Translations under genes and position numbers: made by a program
Notes under the pieces: generated by a model
Seen by the model: the letters and a program-made list of their open reading frames with translations, nothing else
What the model was told of the DNA's origin: nothing
The model's database searches: none
Origin: Callorhinchus milii
Taxonomy: Eukaryota
Length of the DNA stretch: 64,000 nucleotides
Assembly (NCBI RefSeq): GCF_018977255.1
Contig: NW_024704782.1
Location: 496,001-560,000, forward strand
Direction: 5' to 3'
Shown: piece by piece, positions 13,001 to 24,800 of the stretch
Layout: each line of letters opens with the position of its first letter
Numbering within the stretch: the first letter of the stretch is position 1

Positions 13001-13202
13001 GGCAACAGCAGCCCCGGGTTCACCCCCTGCCCCCTCCCCCCCCTCTCTCCTCCGCTCACACCTCACCTTCACACTTGGTTGGCAGCCGCTCGCCCTCCGA
13101 GGAGGAGGAGGAGGAGGAGGAGGGAGCGACGCCGATCAGCAGCGACACCAAGAAAAACAGCGGCAAGAGCCGCCGTGGGGGGGAGGCCGCCGCCGCCGCC
13201 AT
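7038..13202 (-). CDS. CNPY4: Canopy homolog 4 (ER saposin-like protein), complete 6-exon CDS, 254 aa
   Basis: Exons 13202-13067, 12608-12482, 11262-11166, 10356-10234, 7904-7787, 7201-7038, all GT-AG with consistent phases. Signal peptide, then ERLPTKCEVCKFL..ETRLAEAMDNICEQILQYSVHAER..GVKVELGIPFEMWD..CEKMLE..WYF..FLCE, ending HDPGEL. Lies between TAF6 and MBLAC1 as in human. Confidence 0.95.
7527..7656. repeat. 56-bp-arm inverted repeat (foldback element) in CNPY4 intron 5
   Basis: Arms 7527-7582 and 7601-7656 are complementary at 53 of 56 positions. Confidence 0.85.
7910..8350. repeat. (CA)n-GTGAGGG compound minisatellite next to the CNPY4 exon 5 acceptor
   Basis: Repeated CACACACAGTGAGGG units. 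Confidence 0.85.
8545..9165 (+). mobile_element. L2 LINE 3' fragment
   Basis: AAKTLIHALITSRLDYANSLL peptide and the L2-type tail GGGACGTCCTCTCGATGTGAAAGGCGC..(TTG)n. Confidence 0.8.
9370..9800 (+). mobile_element. Deu-domain-type SINE; related copies at about 16600-16890, 29170-29370 and 33820-34075
   Basis: TCAGATGAGACGTTAAAC..TGTTCAGGCGGATGTTAAAGATCTC..GTGTCCTGGC core resembles, from memory, the Deu domain of SacSINE1/AmnSINE1. Confidence 0.6.
9870..10220 (-). mobile_element. tRNA-derived SINE (dominant local family)
   Basis: Reverse complement of head GTGTTAGAGCGCTCGCCTCGCAAGCGAGAGGACCAGGTTTGATTCCC, central TTGTGGGACACTGCTGTG and tail CAAGAATTATTATT. Confidence 0.8.
10405..10805. repeat. 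20-bp minisatellite (CCCAGCCCCAGCCGCCCACA) in CNPY4 intron 3
   Basis: Near-perfect tandem units; the source of spurious multi-frame ORFs. Confidence 0.95.
11375..11700 (+). mobile_element. tRNA-derived SINE
   Basis: Head GCTCACCTTGCAAGCGAGAGGACCCGAG, body CTAGCAGTAAGTAGGAACCTGG, tail GATAAGGTGCTAAAGCAAATGCAAGGATTATTATT. Confidence 0.8.
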
Positions 13203-13544
13203 CTTGTGCTCTCCGGAGCCGGCGCTGAAGGTGGGCCAACGTCACCCGGGCGTCACACGTCGCGCGCCCCGCCCACTTTGCCGCGCCGCGCGACGCGGTG
13301 ACGCAAGCCGTGAAGCCGGGGCAGGTCCCTGGTCACGTGCCGTCTTCCCGGCGAGCCACTGCGCAGGCGTGACCCGCGCGGACCGACGCTTGGGAGCCGC
13401 CGCCGCCGCCCGTCGATCCGTGTCCATCCTCCGCCGGGAGGCGCCGCCCCCGCCATCGGGGCTCAGGACAGGCGGCCTCTGCCGGGGGGTGACCCGGGTA
13501 CCGGACGCTGCGGTGGTGCCCAGGAAGCCGCTGGTCTGTGGGCG
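13203..13544. promoter_or_regulatory. Bidirectional CpG-island promoter of CNPY4 and MBLAC1
   Basis: 342 bp between divergent ATGs; GGTCACGTG E-box at 13331; NRF1-like TGCGCAGGCG at 13360; YY1-type CAAGATGGCGGC overlapping the CNPY4 ATG; GC boxes. Confidence 0.8.
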
Positions 13545-14189
13545 ATGAGCGCCCCCTGGAGGGTGCGGACCGAACCTCGCGGGAGCCACGAGATCCGGGG
13601 GGGACCCTACTCGGTGCACGTGATCCAAGAGGGCTACGCTTACACGGACCCCGAGGGCCGGGTCCGGGCGGACGGCACCGTGACGCTGGTCAAGGGGCCG
13701 CGGGTGATCGTGGTGGACACGGGCAGCCCCGGCGACGGCCCCCTGATCGTGGAGGGCCTGCGGCAGCGGGGGGTGGCCCCGGGGGACGTCACCCACGTGG
13801 TGTGCACCCACGGCCACTCCGACCACGTGGGCAACCTGGGCCTCTTCCCTCAGGCCACCTTCGTGGTCTCGCACGACGTGTGTCGGGGCCACGTGTACTC
13901 GAGCCACGGCCTGAGCGAGGGGCAGGGGCTGCCCATCGACGGCTGGGCGGAGGTGCTGCCCACGCCCGGCCACTGCGCCCGCGACGTCAGCCTCCTGGTG
14001 AGGGGCACCGCGGAGGGGCAGGTGGTGGTGGCCGGGGATCTGTTTGAGCGGGAGGCGGACGAGGGCAGCTGGCAGGCGGTCAGCGAGAATCCCGCCCTCC
14101 AGGCCCAGCACCGCCGGCGGGTCCTGGAGCTCGCCGACGTCGTCGTGCCCGGGCACGGCCCACCTTTCAGGGTGATAAAGGGGCCGTGA
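13545..14189 (+). CDS. MBLAC1: Metallo-beta-lactamase domain-containing protein 1, single coding exon, 214 aa
   Basis: [24 protein letters not shown] (HxHxDH), TPGH, VAGDLFE and VVPGHG motifs; adjacent to CNPY4 and TAF6. AATAAA at 14570. Confidence 0.96.
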   Translation: MSAPWRVRTEPRGSHEIRGGPYSVHVIQEGYAYTDPEGRVRADGTVTLVKGPRVIVVDTGSPGDGPLIVEGLRQRGVAPGDVTHVVCTHGHSDHVGNLGLFPQATFVVSHDVCRGHVYSSHGLSEGQGLPIDGWAEVLPTPGHCARDVSLLVRGTAEGQVVVAGDLFEREADEGSWQAVSENPALQAQHRRRVLELADVVVPGHGPPFRVIKGP

Positions 14190-14227
14190 GCGGAGCAGAG
14201 CCGCCCGGACCGCCCCCTCTGTACGTG

Positions 14228-15000
14228 GAGTCTTGTAGTGCAGTGGTGAGAGCCCTCACCTCGCAAGCCAGAGGGACCTGGGTTCGATTCCCGGGCGGGT
14301 CAGGTCAGGGCAAGTTTCCTTACTCCCCACACAGAGACTCACAGACACACACAGACGCACACACACACACACAGACACACAGACACAGACGCACACACGC
14401 GCGCGCACCTCTGTTCACCAGCAGTAAGTAGGAACCCGCTTGTTAGTCGATTGGCCGATCGCTTTCTGGGGGAAACAACCCTTTATTAATCCCTGACTGT
14501 CCGGCCCCTCGGGGTCGTCTTCCTGATGTGAAAACCTCTCCACAAATGTAATTCTGCACTGTGCAAATCAATAAAAATTTGTCCGCTGGATCCACGACCG
14601 CGTGTGGGACGCTGCTGTGTGCAATTAGCTGCTGTGTTCCGCTCACAAAATGTATGCCTTGCAAGCAAGAGGGCCCGGGTTCAATTCCCGGGAAAGGCAA
14701 AAAGTTGAGCAAGTTTCCTTACTCCCCAGACACAGATACGCCTCTGTTCACCAGCAGTAAGTGGGAACCTGGTAGTTAGTTGATTGGGGGATCGTTTTGA
14801 CGAGGGTAATAATTACTTAAAAGAAAAAATATAATGTGGTCACTCAATCCACGACTGTTTGTGGGACGCCGCTGTGCACAATTGGCTGCTGCGTTTTGCC
14901 CACAAAATACACAGTAAATTTACAGTATATTCTGTGAAGCACTTTTGAGACGTCTCGAAGATGTGATAAGGCGCTATATCAAATGTAAGGATTATTACTT
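14228..15000 (+). mobile_element. Two tandem tRNA-derived SINE copies directly behind MBLAC1
   Basis: Heads at about 14228 (A/B-box-like GTAGTGCAGTGG..GGTTCGATTCCC) and about 14655; shared body; tail at about 14930-15000. Confidence 0.8.
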
Positions 15001-16247
15001 ACTAACTAACTACCCATTGCAACTTTGCTTGGAACCAAAGGATTCAATGTGGAATGTTGATTGACACACAGCCAGACATTTCGTTTAGACATTATACTCA
15101 GCTGGGAGGACTCACGTGGGAGGTCTCTTTTGGGAGGACTCCTTAATATATTTTCTTTCACAGTCTCTCTGTTTCTGTCAAGCGCTCTTGAGACACTACC
15201 CTGCATGGAGGACACAATGTAAGCGCATATTGTTGTCTCTGTCTCTCTCACTATCTCAATCTCTTTCACTATCTCAGTCTTTATCTCTGTCTCTCACTAT
15301 CTCAGTCTCTCTCTGTCTGTCCCACACGGGAGGACTCTAGCTCCCACAACAACCAGAAAAAAAGTGCCATACATTTGTTGCAGAATATAGCTCTCTGAAT
15401 GGGTGCTTTCCTCTGTCGCTATGTAGTTTCAGAATATGATGCATACCTCATATTTTGGGCTAAAAGCATTTTTTTATATAGCTTATCAACGATAGATACC
15501 TTCCCCCCCCCCCACCCAAAAAAGATATGCCCATGACACTGCCAGATCTTTCCGAAGATAAAAATCATGTCTCTATGTCAATCGGTCATCGTGTGATTGT
15601 CGGATACACAGACAGTAACTTTGTCTTCATTAGTATAGACAGATTCTCTCTCCGTCTCACAGAGCTTTTTGTCTGCAAGCCATTATTATATACTATAATT
15701 ATAATCGACGTGATGTCACAACTGATTAATGTAGAGATCTGATTTAGGATACCTCATATATTGGGGCTTAGTTGTTAGTCTAGCTCATGAACGATAGGAG
15801 ATCCCACCAAAACAATATGCCCATAACACTACCAGATGCAAGACCTTTCCGATGACGTAAATCATGTCTCTATTGGTTATTGCGTGATTGTCAGATATAC
15901 TGTATTCTGTGAAGCACTCTGAGACGTCTCAATGGTGTGATAAGGCGCTGGTAATGACAGTTTCTGATTTGTACCTGTACGTTGTACATTGAGTCATGGC
16001 TTGGCCCAGTTAGCAAATGAACCAAAGGTTCAGCACAGCCCTTTATGAGGGGAAAGTTCCCTATTGTAGCATCACTGTTACACCTAACACAGTCAGGCAT
16101 CACCTTATATTATCACCTATTGATTTGGCCGCTCCCTTTCCATTCCCTTTCTCTGAGTCACAAAGTCGAAAAAAATGCAATAAATAAAATAAGAATAATT
16201 TGGTCACTCAATCAACGACTGTTTGTTCCTAATTCACCACATAAAGA

Positions 16248-16595
16248 TCTGTAGTTTAATGGTTAAAGCACTCGCCTCGCAAGCGAGAGGACCTGAGTTC
16301 AATTCGCAGGCAGGGAAAAATGTTGGGCAAGTTTTCTTACTCCACACACACGCCTCTGTTTAGCAGTAAGTAGGAACCCGGTTGTTAGTTGATTGGCGGA
16401 TCACTTTCTGAGGGTAAAAATCCCTTGAAAAATAAATTTGGTCATTCAATCCACGACTGCTGTGTGCAATTGGCTGCCGCGTTTTTCCCACAAAAATATA
16501 GTCAATTCACTTTACAGTGCATTCTGTGAAGAGCTTTGAGACGACTCAAAGATGTGAAAAGCGAGACATCAAATGCAAGAAATATTATTATTATT
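16248..16595 (+). mobile_element. tRNA-derived SINE, near full length; another copy at about 17008-17345
   Basis: tRNA-like head, conserved body, ATTATT tail. Confidence 0.8.
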
Positions 16596-18872
16596 GAGGT
16601 TTCAAACCCCACGTCAGGGATTCTGAGCTCACATTCCAGGCTAATGCTTCAGCTTGGTCCGAGGGGGAACTTCTGGTGAGACGTTAAACTGAGGCCCTGT
16701 TTGCCTGTTCAGGTGGATAATAAAGATCTCATGGCACTGTTCAAAAGGAGAAAGGAGTTTCTCTCTCTCCCGTTGTCCTGGCCAAAAATCCCCATAGATC
16801 ATTCACTTCTCACATGTGCAAATTGGCTGCTGCGTTTCCCTATAAACAATACTTTGCCGTGAATCCCGTGAAGCGCTTTGAAACGCCTCCACGACATTAT
16901 TGATGCTTTCGCAGCTCCTTTTTAGCTCTCAAATCTTGGTGTCTTTTTTTTCACAATCCCATCATTACAACAATCATGGAATTGCTTTACCAGTTGTAAA
17001 AAAAATTTAGTGGTTAGAGCACTGGTCTCGCAAGCGAGAGGACCACGATTTGATTCCCGGACAGGGAGAAAATTGGCCAAGTTTCCCTCCTCCACACACC
17101 TCTATTTACCTAGCAGTAAGTAGGAACCTGTTTGTTAGTCAATTGGCAGTCCACTAATAATCTCCAAAAAAATCGCAATAATGTGGTCACTCAATCCACT
17201 CTTTGTGGGACGCTCCAGTGCACAATTGGCTGTTGTGTTTCACCCACAAAAAATAGTCAATTCACGTCAGTGTATTCTGTGAAGCACTTTGAGACGTCTC
17301 AAAGACGTGATAAGGCGCTGTATCAAATGTAAGGATTAATATTATCTTCAGATTGTTTTTCTCACCCCCCACAACCGCCTTGTCGGTCTATCTTGGCATC
17401 ATTACCCCCTACTCCAAATCCGAGACGATTGACTTCTTTGGGCCTGAAATCAAGCCACCTTTCCCCCTCAATCTACCCACCCCTTGTACCTGTCTTCCCC
17501 CAGAACTCTCTCACGCATGAAACCCACCACTTATCCCTTGATCCCATCTCTAGAGTCTAGCCTTCAGGCTCTCTGCCCCCACCCTATGGAACTCCATCCT
17601 GGAGCCCCTCCTCATAGCCTCCCTTGCCTCTTTCAAGGTCCTTCTCAAGACTCTCCTCTTTGACTGCGGCTACGATCACCCTCTCACCCCCACCTGTTGC
17701 CCTCCACCCCTCCCAACCCCAATCCCCAGCTCGGGTACAAACCCTTTACTGTCCAGTGCCTTGGGACGTCCTCCTGACGTGAATGGTGCTGTGTAAATAC
17801 AATTTGTTGTTGTTGTTGTTATGGAGCTGTAATCGGTAACTGTATCAAACGTCAGCTCATTACTACGCCACAGCTACTGAGCACAAAGGCATGAACTGAT
17901 TAGTGTGTGAGTAAAGCTGGGCTTGGTTGGGTGGAGCTGGGATCGATCACAAATCATTTCTGCCTCAACATCAAAGCAACCCTTTGGAGCACGCAAGGGA
18001 GGAGATTCCGGGATGCAGATCCAGAGGGCAGAGGCAGAGAGGCTGAAGGCCCAATTCTGCTTGAGGTGTTCAAAATAATAAAAGGGTTCAATAGGGGGGT
18101 AACTAGAGAAATTATTTCCTCTTGTGGATAGAGATTCCAGAACAAGGGGGGCATCATCTTAAAATCAGAGCCAGCCCGTTTAGGAGTGAAATCAGGAGAC
18201 AGTTTTTCACACAAAGGGGAGCAGAAATCTGGAACTTTCTCTCCCAAAAGGCTGTGGATTCTGACTGGATCCATTTACATCTTCAAGACTGAATTGGACA
18301 GATGTTTGTTAAGTCAGTGTATTAAGGGATATGGGGCAATGGCAGGTAATTGAATTTTATATATAGATGAACCATGATCTTATAGAATGGTGGAACAGGC
18401 TCCAGGGGCTGAATGGCCTCCTCCCGTTCCTACGTTAAATTGTGGGGATGGGGTCAATGAGGAAGGTGGTGGGTTTCATACAGGAGAGAGAGAGATTCAC
18501 CAGTTCATCAGAACGAAAAGCCCTGAACTTTGCTTTGTGGTGTGGATTGCTGTGTGGCCACCACCCTCTGTAATGAGGATGACTTTTCCAACCTCTCCTT
18601 AAATTCCCTTTGCAACGATCATAAACTTAACAATAAAGATCGGAGTCAAGGGAGAATCGGGAGCAAATAAAATAGTCACGTGCAGAAAGGGGGCATGTCA
18701 GAGATAAAGAGAAAGCAACTCCTCTGTGTGTGTACATATATATATATATATGTATATATCAGTCATCACCACTCACACCTAAAAGATCCCAAACAAGTGA
18801 TTGGCTTTCCTTTACAACCGTTGATTAAAGCAGTCAGCTCTCCGCACACACTCGTCCACAAAGAACAGCAGA

Positions 18873-21800
18873 ATGTGCACAGGAAAATGCTCCAAATTAA
18901 TCGGGGCCTTGCTCTTCCCCACGGCTGTGCTCTGCATCATTGCCAACCTCTTCCTCTTCTTCCCCAACTTTGACACGAAGTATATCCAGGACCCGGCGAA
19001 GATCACTCCTGAGGTGCTGTACATGGGAGGGATCCTGGGATCCGGAGCTCTGGTGAGGAATCTCGCGAGCAAGCGCGGCACTTTATTCTGACTTAACGGG
19101 TCGTTCGCTGACAGCAGAGCGTTTGCTACAAACCCCTTTGCGCTCTGGTCCCTCCCCATCTCTCCGACCTGCTCACTCTCCAACCCGCTACCCGCCATCT
19201 CCGCTCAGCTAGCTCTGACCTCCTGCTTGTCCCTCGTCCGCTCCGTTTCCACCATCAGCAGCCCCACTTTCAGTCACTACGCTCCAAAGCTTTGGAATTC
19301 TCTCCCCGAATCGCTCTGCCTTGTCCTCTCCTTCCTAACTTTTACATCATAGAATCATAGAGCACAGAAAGAGGCCATTCGGCCCATCGTGTCTGTGCAG
19401 CTCCTAAAAGAGGTTCCAACTCAATCCCACTGGCCCGCTATCTCTCCATAGTCCTGCAATCCTGTCCTCCCCAAATACCCATCTACTTCTCTCTTAAAAG
19501 CTGTTACTGAATCGGTTTCCACTGCCCTTTCAGGTAATTCCAGATCCCAACAACTCGCTGGTGAAAAAAAATTCCTAAACTCCCCTCTGTTTCTGTTAAC
19601 AACTGTCTTAAATCGGTGTCCTCGGGTTACTGACCCACATGACAGTGGGAACAGTTTTTCCCGGTTCAACCTCTCAAATACTCTCATGAACTTGAAAACC
19701 TCTATTAAATCCCCTCTTAATCTTCTCTGTTCTCTGGAGAATAATCCTAGTTTCGCTAATCTCTCCTCATAACTAAGGTCCCTCATCCCTGGTACCATCG
19801 GGTAAACCTCCTTTGCACCCTCTCCAATGCCCCAACATCTCTCCTAAAGTGCGGTGCCCACAACTGAACGCAGTCTCCAACTGAGGCCTAACAGCATTTT
19901 ATAAACCTCCTGACTTTTGAATTCTATGCCCCTATTTATAAAGCCTATAAGTATCCCGGATGCTTTTTTAACAGCTTTATTTACCTGTCCTGCCACCTTC
20001 AGAGATTTGCTGATGTGGACCCCCAGGTCTCTCTGTTCATTTGCCCCCTTTAAGACTGTACCATCAGCCCATATGGCCTCTCCTCATTCTTCGTACCAAA
20101 ATGCAACACTTCGTATTTCTCCACATTAAACCTCATCTGCCACGTTTCTGCCCATTTTACCAATCTGTCCAAGTCCTGTTGGAGTCTGGTGCTGTCCTCC
20201 TCACCATTAACTACTTTTCCAGCTTAGTATCGTCTGCAAATTTGGAAATTGTGCTCCATATATCCAGGTCCACATCATTAATACAGGTCAGAAAGAGCAG
20301 TGGTCCCAATACCGACCCCTGAGGGTCACCACTACACCCCTCCCTCCAGTCAGAAAATCAGCTGTTTGCTACCACTCTCTGCTTTCTGTTTCCTAGTTCT
20401 GGATCCATGTTGCCACAGTCCCTTTAATACCGTGGGCTTCTATTTTGTCTCTTAATTGGCACTTTATCAAATGCCTTTTGAAAATCTAGATAAACTATGT
20501 CTACTGCATTACCTTCATCCACCCTCTCAGTCACTTCATCAAAAAATTCTATTAGGTTTGTCAGACACGATCTGTCTGTAACAAATCTGTGTTGACTGTT
20601 CTTTATTAAACCATATTTTTCTAAGTGAGAATTTATATTGTCCCGGATTATAGTCTCCAGAAGTTTCCCTACTATTGATGTTGTTCTTAGGTTTGGCTGA
20701 AGACCTTCCTCTTAGGCCCCTCCCTCCCCCCGGTTCGCCATCGGGCTCCAACTGTCAAGCGCTCTGGGACACTGCCCCACGTAACAGGCACTGTGTAACA
20801 CAGAGGGAATGGTTCATGATCCTGGTCCTCAGCTTCAAGGCCCTCCATGGCCTGGCTCCACCCTACCTCTGCGACTTCTTAAGCCCCTACCAACCTGCTC
20901 GCTCCCTCCGATCAGCGGGCTCCGGCCTGCTCCACGTCCCCCGCCTCGCCCGCCCCACCATTGACGGGCGGTCTTCTGCCACTCTTCCCCCACCCATCGA
21001 ACTCCATGTTGTAAATTGTAAACAACAACAAATTACATTGGCGTCCCAAGGTGCTGGACAGTGAGGGATTTGGACCTGACCTGGTGGTTGGATCAGGACA
21101 AGGTGGAGGGCGGGGAGGGTGGGTCGGAAGGTGACTGAAGGCGTGGTCGAAGAAGATGGTCTTGAGACGGGCCTTGAAGGAGGCAAGGGAGGGCACGAGA
21201 CGGAGGGTCTGTGGGATGGACTTCCAGAGAGTAGAGAGGCTGAAGGTCCAACCGCTGATGATGGGGTGGTCAGATGGGGACATTAGCAGGCCGGGGCCCG
21301 CTGAGCGAGGGAGCGGACAAGTCAGTATGGAGTTAGCAGGTTACAGAAGTAGAAAGTAAATTGTAAAGTGAACAACGGAAAATGGAAAGTGACAGATTAA
21401 GTAAATAATAAATATCCTTGCATTTCATACAGCACCTTATTATGTCTTCGAAACGTCTCAAAGCACTTCACAGGAGTGACTGTGTAGTGACTGTATATCT
21501 TGTGGGCGAAATTAAATGGGCAAGTCTGTGGCAGGTGGAGTTTAACATTGCAAAGTGTCAGGTAGTCAGTACCACGTGAGACAAAACAACAGCGGTTGCG
21601 GGAGAGGGGAGGGGGGAAGGTTCTAAATGGGGATGACTCGGGGGGTCAAGTCCATCGATAACTTAAATCCCATCACAGGTGCAGCGAGGGGAAACAGCCA
21701 TTCCTACCCCCTCTATCCTCTGCGTCTCTATCTCCTGCTCTCTTTCTCTCCCTCTCTCTCTCTAACCTCACCAGACTCTCTGCCATTCCTCCACCAGAGG

Positions 21801-24800
21801 GAAGAGTCGTCCATGCTCTCGCTCCTTATCTCCTCGTTAACCCTCCTCCCCCACTCGACACTGATCTCTGGTTGTTTCTCTGTGTGAATGAGTCTGGCCC
21901 CGGTTCCTGAGATACAAGTAATCATTAACCCGCATAGTCAGCCTTGCATAGTGTCTCCATGGCAACCATGATGCTCTCTGCCCTATGGACTATTAATCAC
22001 TCAGACCAATGTGAACTGCTTGGAGTTGAATTGGCGCCAAGATGACAGGTTTGGCAACGGAATCCAGCCAGTCCTCCGTGACAGCCTCTCGTCAGGTTCC
22101 TGAGCCAGGATCCCAGGGCACTCACTGCTGATGGCAGCCCAGCCCGGCCCATCGGCTGGACCTGGAAGGGCCAACCAGTCACTGGGGGCAGGGAACCCTC
22201 TCCCTCAGCTCCTGTTAACCCCGCAGCCAAAGCCCCAACTAACTAACGGGGAGGGCGGTCCTCGCTGGACAAGCAGCGGGAAAGCTTGGCCACACAGCGC
22301 TCTCTCTCTCTCTCTCTCTCTCTCGATGGCCGAGCTGTGTGTGGGTTTAGCTGGTTAGACTCCAGCAGTTACCCCACAACGCACGCTCTGCCTTGGATCT
22401 CGCCAACCTGCGCCTAATACTTTCCGGAATTACACAAGCAGGATGCGTCCTTCCAGGGAGAGAGAGAGAGAGTGCATTCCAGTCCAACAATCTATCTCTG
22501 AGATTTCCATGTGTAGGTGGGAGGCATAGGGTTCTCCGCTTGGTTTGGAGACCCTTAAGCAACAGTGATGGTTTCCACATGTGTCAGGCACCTGCCTGAC
22601 TAAACCCAAAAAATGTACCACTGACAATGTGACGTTCAGGAGCTTTCCCTCCTCTTCTCTCTCCCTTCCCCCCACCCCACCTGAAAGGTGCTATACACAT
22701 GTAATTTGTTGTTGTTTCCAGCTGTGTTCCCTTGGGTTTGGAAGGCGCGGTGATCGAATTGAGGTGTTCAGAATGATAAAAGAGATTCAATAGTGGGATA
22801 GCTCCAGAGAAACTATTTCTCCTGGTGGGTGGGGGAATCCAGAACAAGGGGGGGGCATCATCTTAACATTGGACCCAGGCTGTTCAGGAGTGAAATTAGG
22901 AGGCAGGTTTTGTCCCAAAGGGCAGTGGAAACCTGGAACTCTGTCTCTCTCTCTTTCAAAAGGCTGTGGGTTATGGATGGATCCATTCACATTTTCAAGA
23001 GTGAGGTGGGGAGATGTTTACCAGGTCAGGGGATCAAGGGATATGGGGCAAAGGCGGGTAATTGCAGTTGAGGTACAGATCGGCCATGATGTTATAGATT
23101 GGTGGAACAGGCTTGACGGGCTGAATGGTCTCCTCCTGTAACTATTTTTCCAGCTGTTTCTGTTGTTGATTTTTCCCTTCTCTGTGACAGGTGCTGATCT
23201 CCGCTTCACATATCTACGCCACCGGCAGCTCAGGCTGCTGTAACAACCGATGTGGGGTAAGTGACGAGGGGGGGGGGAGGGAGGGAGAGTAAGTGGGGGG
23301 ACTGAGAAATAGAGGTGAGAGGGGCAATGGGGGAGGGCAGTGATGGGGCTAGTGAGAGGTGAGAGTGAGGAGGGGAGAATGAGGTGGCGGGGTGAGGGGC
23401 AATGGGGGGGAGGCAGGAGAGGGAGGAGGAGGGAGTGAGAGGGGGACCGGGGGGATGAGAGAGTGAGAAGTGAGAGGGGCAGTGGGGGTGAGTGAGGAGG
23501 GGAGAATAGGGGGTTGAGTGGGGCAGCGGTGGGGGGAGTGAGAGGGGCAATGAGTGGGGGAGTGAGGGGGGCAGTGATTGGTGGGGGGGGGGGGGGGGGG
23601 CAGTGCGTTGTCGGGAGGCCAGCAAGCGAGATTAAAATGATTTGGAATCACAGAACCTTTCAGCACAGAAGTCATAGAAGTCAACCAACCCCAACTAGCC
23701 CCAATCCCCCACTCGTACCCCAACTAGCCCCAATCCCCCACTCGTACCCCAACTAGCCCCAATCCCCCACTCGTACCCCAACTAGCCCCAATCCCCCACT
23801 CGTACCCCAACTAGCCCCAATCCCCCACTCGTACCCCAACTAGCCCCATTCCCCCGCTCTTGCCCCAACTAGCCCCACTCCCCAATATCCCTGCACATTT
23901 TTCCTTTTTAAGTACCTATCCAATTCTTCTTTTGAAAGCAGCTATCAGATCTGTTTCCACCACCCTTTCAGGTAGTGCATTCCAGACAGTGACATTGCTG
24001 TAAAAAAATAATAATCCTTACATTTGATATAGCGCCTTATCACGTCTTCGAGACGTCTCAAAGTGCTTCATAGAATATACTGCAAATTTACTGTATATTT
24101 TGTGGGTGAAACGCAGCAGCCAATTGTGCACAGGGGCGTCCCACAAACAGTCGTGGATTGAGTGACCACATTATTATTTTTTCTTTTAAGGACTTGCAGC
24201 AAAACGAACCCCCAATTAACTAACTACCGGGTTCCTAGTTACTGCTAGGTAAATGGAGGTGTGTGTGTGTGTGTGTGTGTGGAGTAAGGAAACTTGCCCA
24301 ACTTTTCGCCCTGCCCGGGATTTGAACCCAGGCCCTCTCGCTTGCGAGGCGAGGGCTCTAACCACTAACTTTGCTCTGTCAAAGAGCCGGCAGACTCAAT
24401 GGGCCGAATGGCCTCCTTCTGTCCCGTAACATTCTATGAATCTATAAGCTACAGGCCTCCAACGTGTTAAAGTGTGTGTCCCAGATGTTGCAGTGACAGT
24501 ATTTGTGTTAATGTGTCCTCCCCAGATGTTTCTGTCTGTGTTGCTGTCTGGTCTGGGTGTGGTGGGCTCAGGGTATTGCTTTGCGGTGAGTGTGGTGGGA
24601 CTGGTGAAGGGACCCACGTGTGTGTACAATGGCCAGTGGATTCGCCCCTTTAACGTGTCGCTTGCAGAATTCAGGTACAATTGTGCTCGGACTCGTTCCG
24701 TCTCAGTCCCTCCGCCCTCCGCTCGCCCTGTCATGTCCCTCACACACTCTCTCCAACCTCACAATGCATGTCATAGACGCCGTCCTTCAGATGAGATGTT

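Noticed and set aside
13242-14156. 304-aa ORF antisense to MBLAC1
   Set aside because: Shadow ORF of a very GC-rich coding strand; no recognisable motifs.
14228-14300. tRNA-Ala-like sequences here and at 16250, 24300, 56132 and elsewhere
   Set aside because: They are heads of a SINE family attached to a common body and tail, with degenerate acceptor stems; not tRNA genes.
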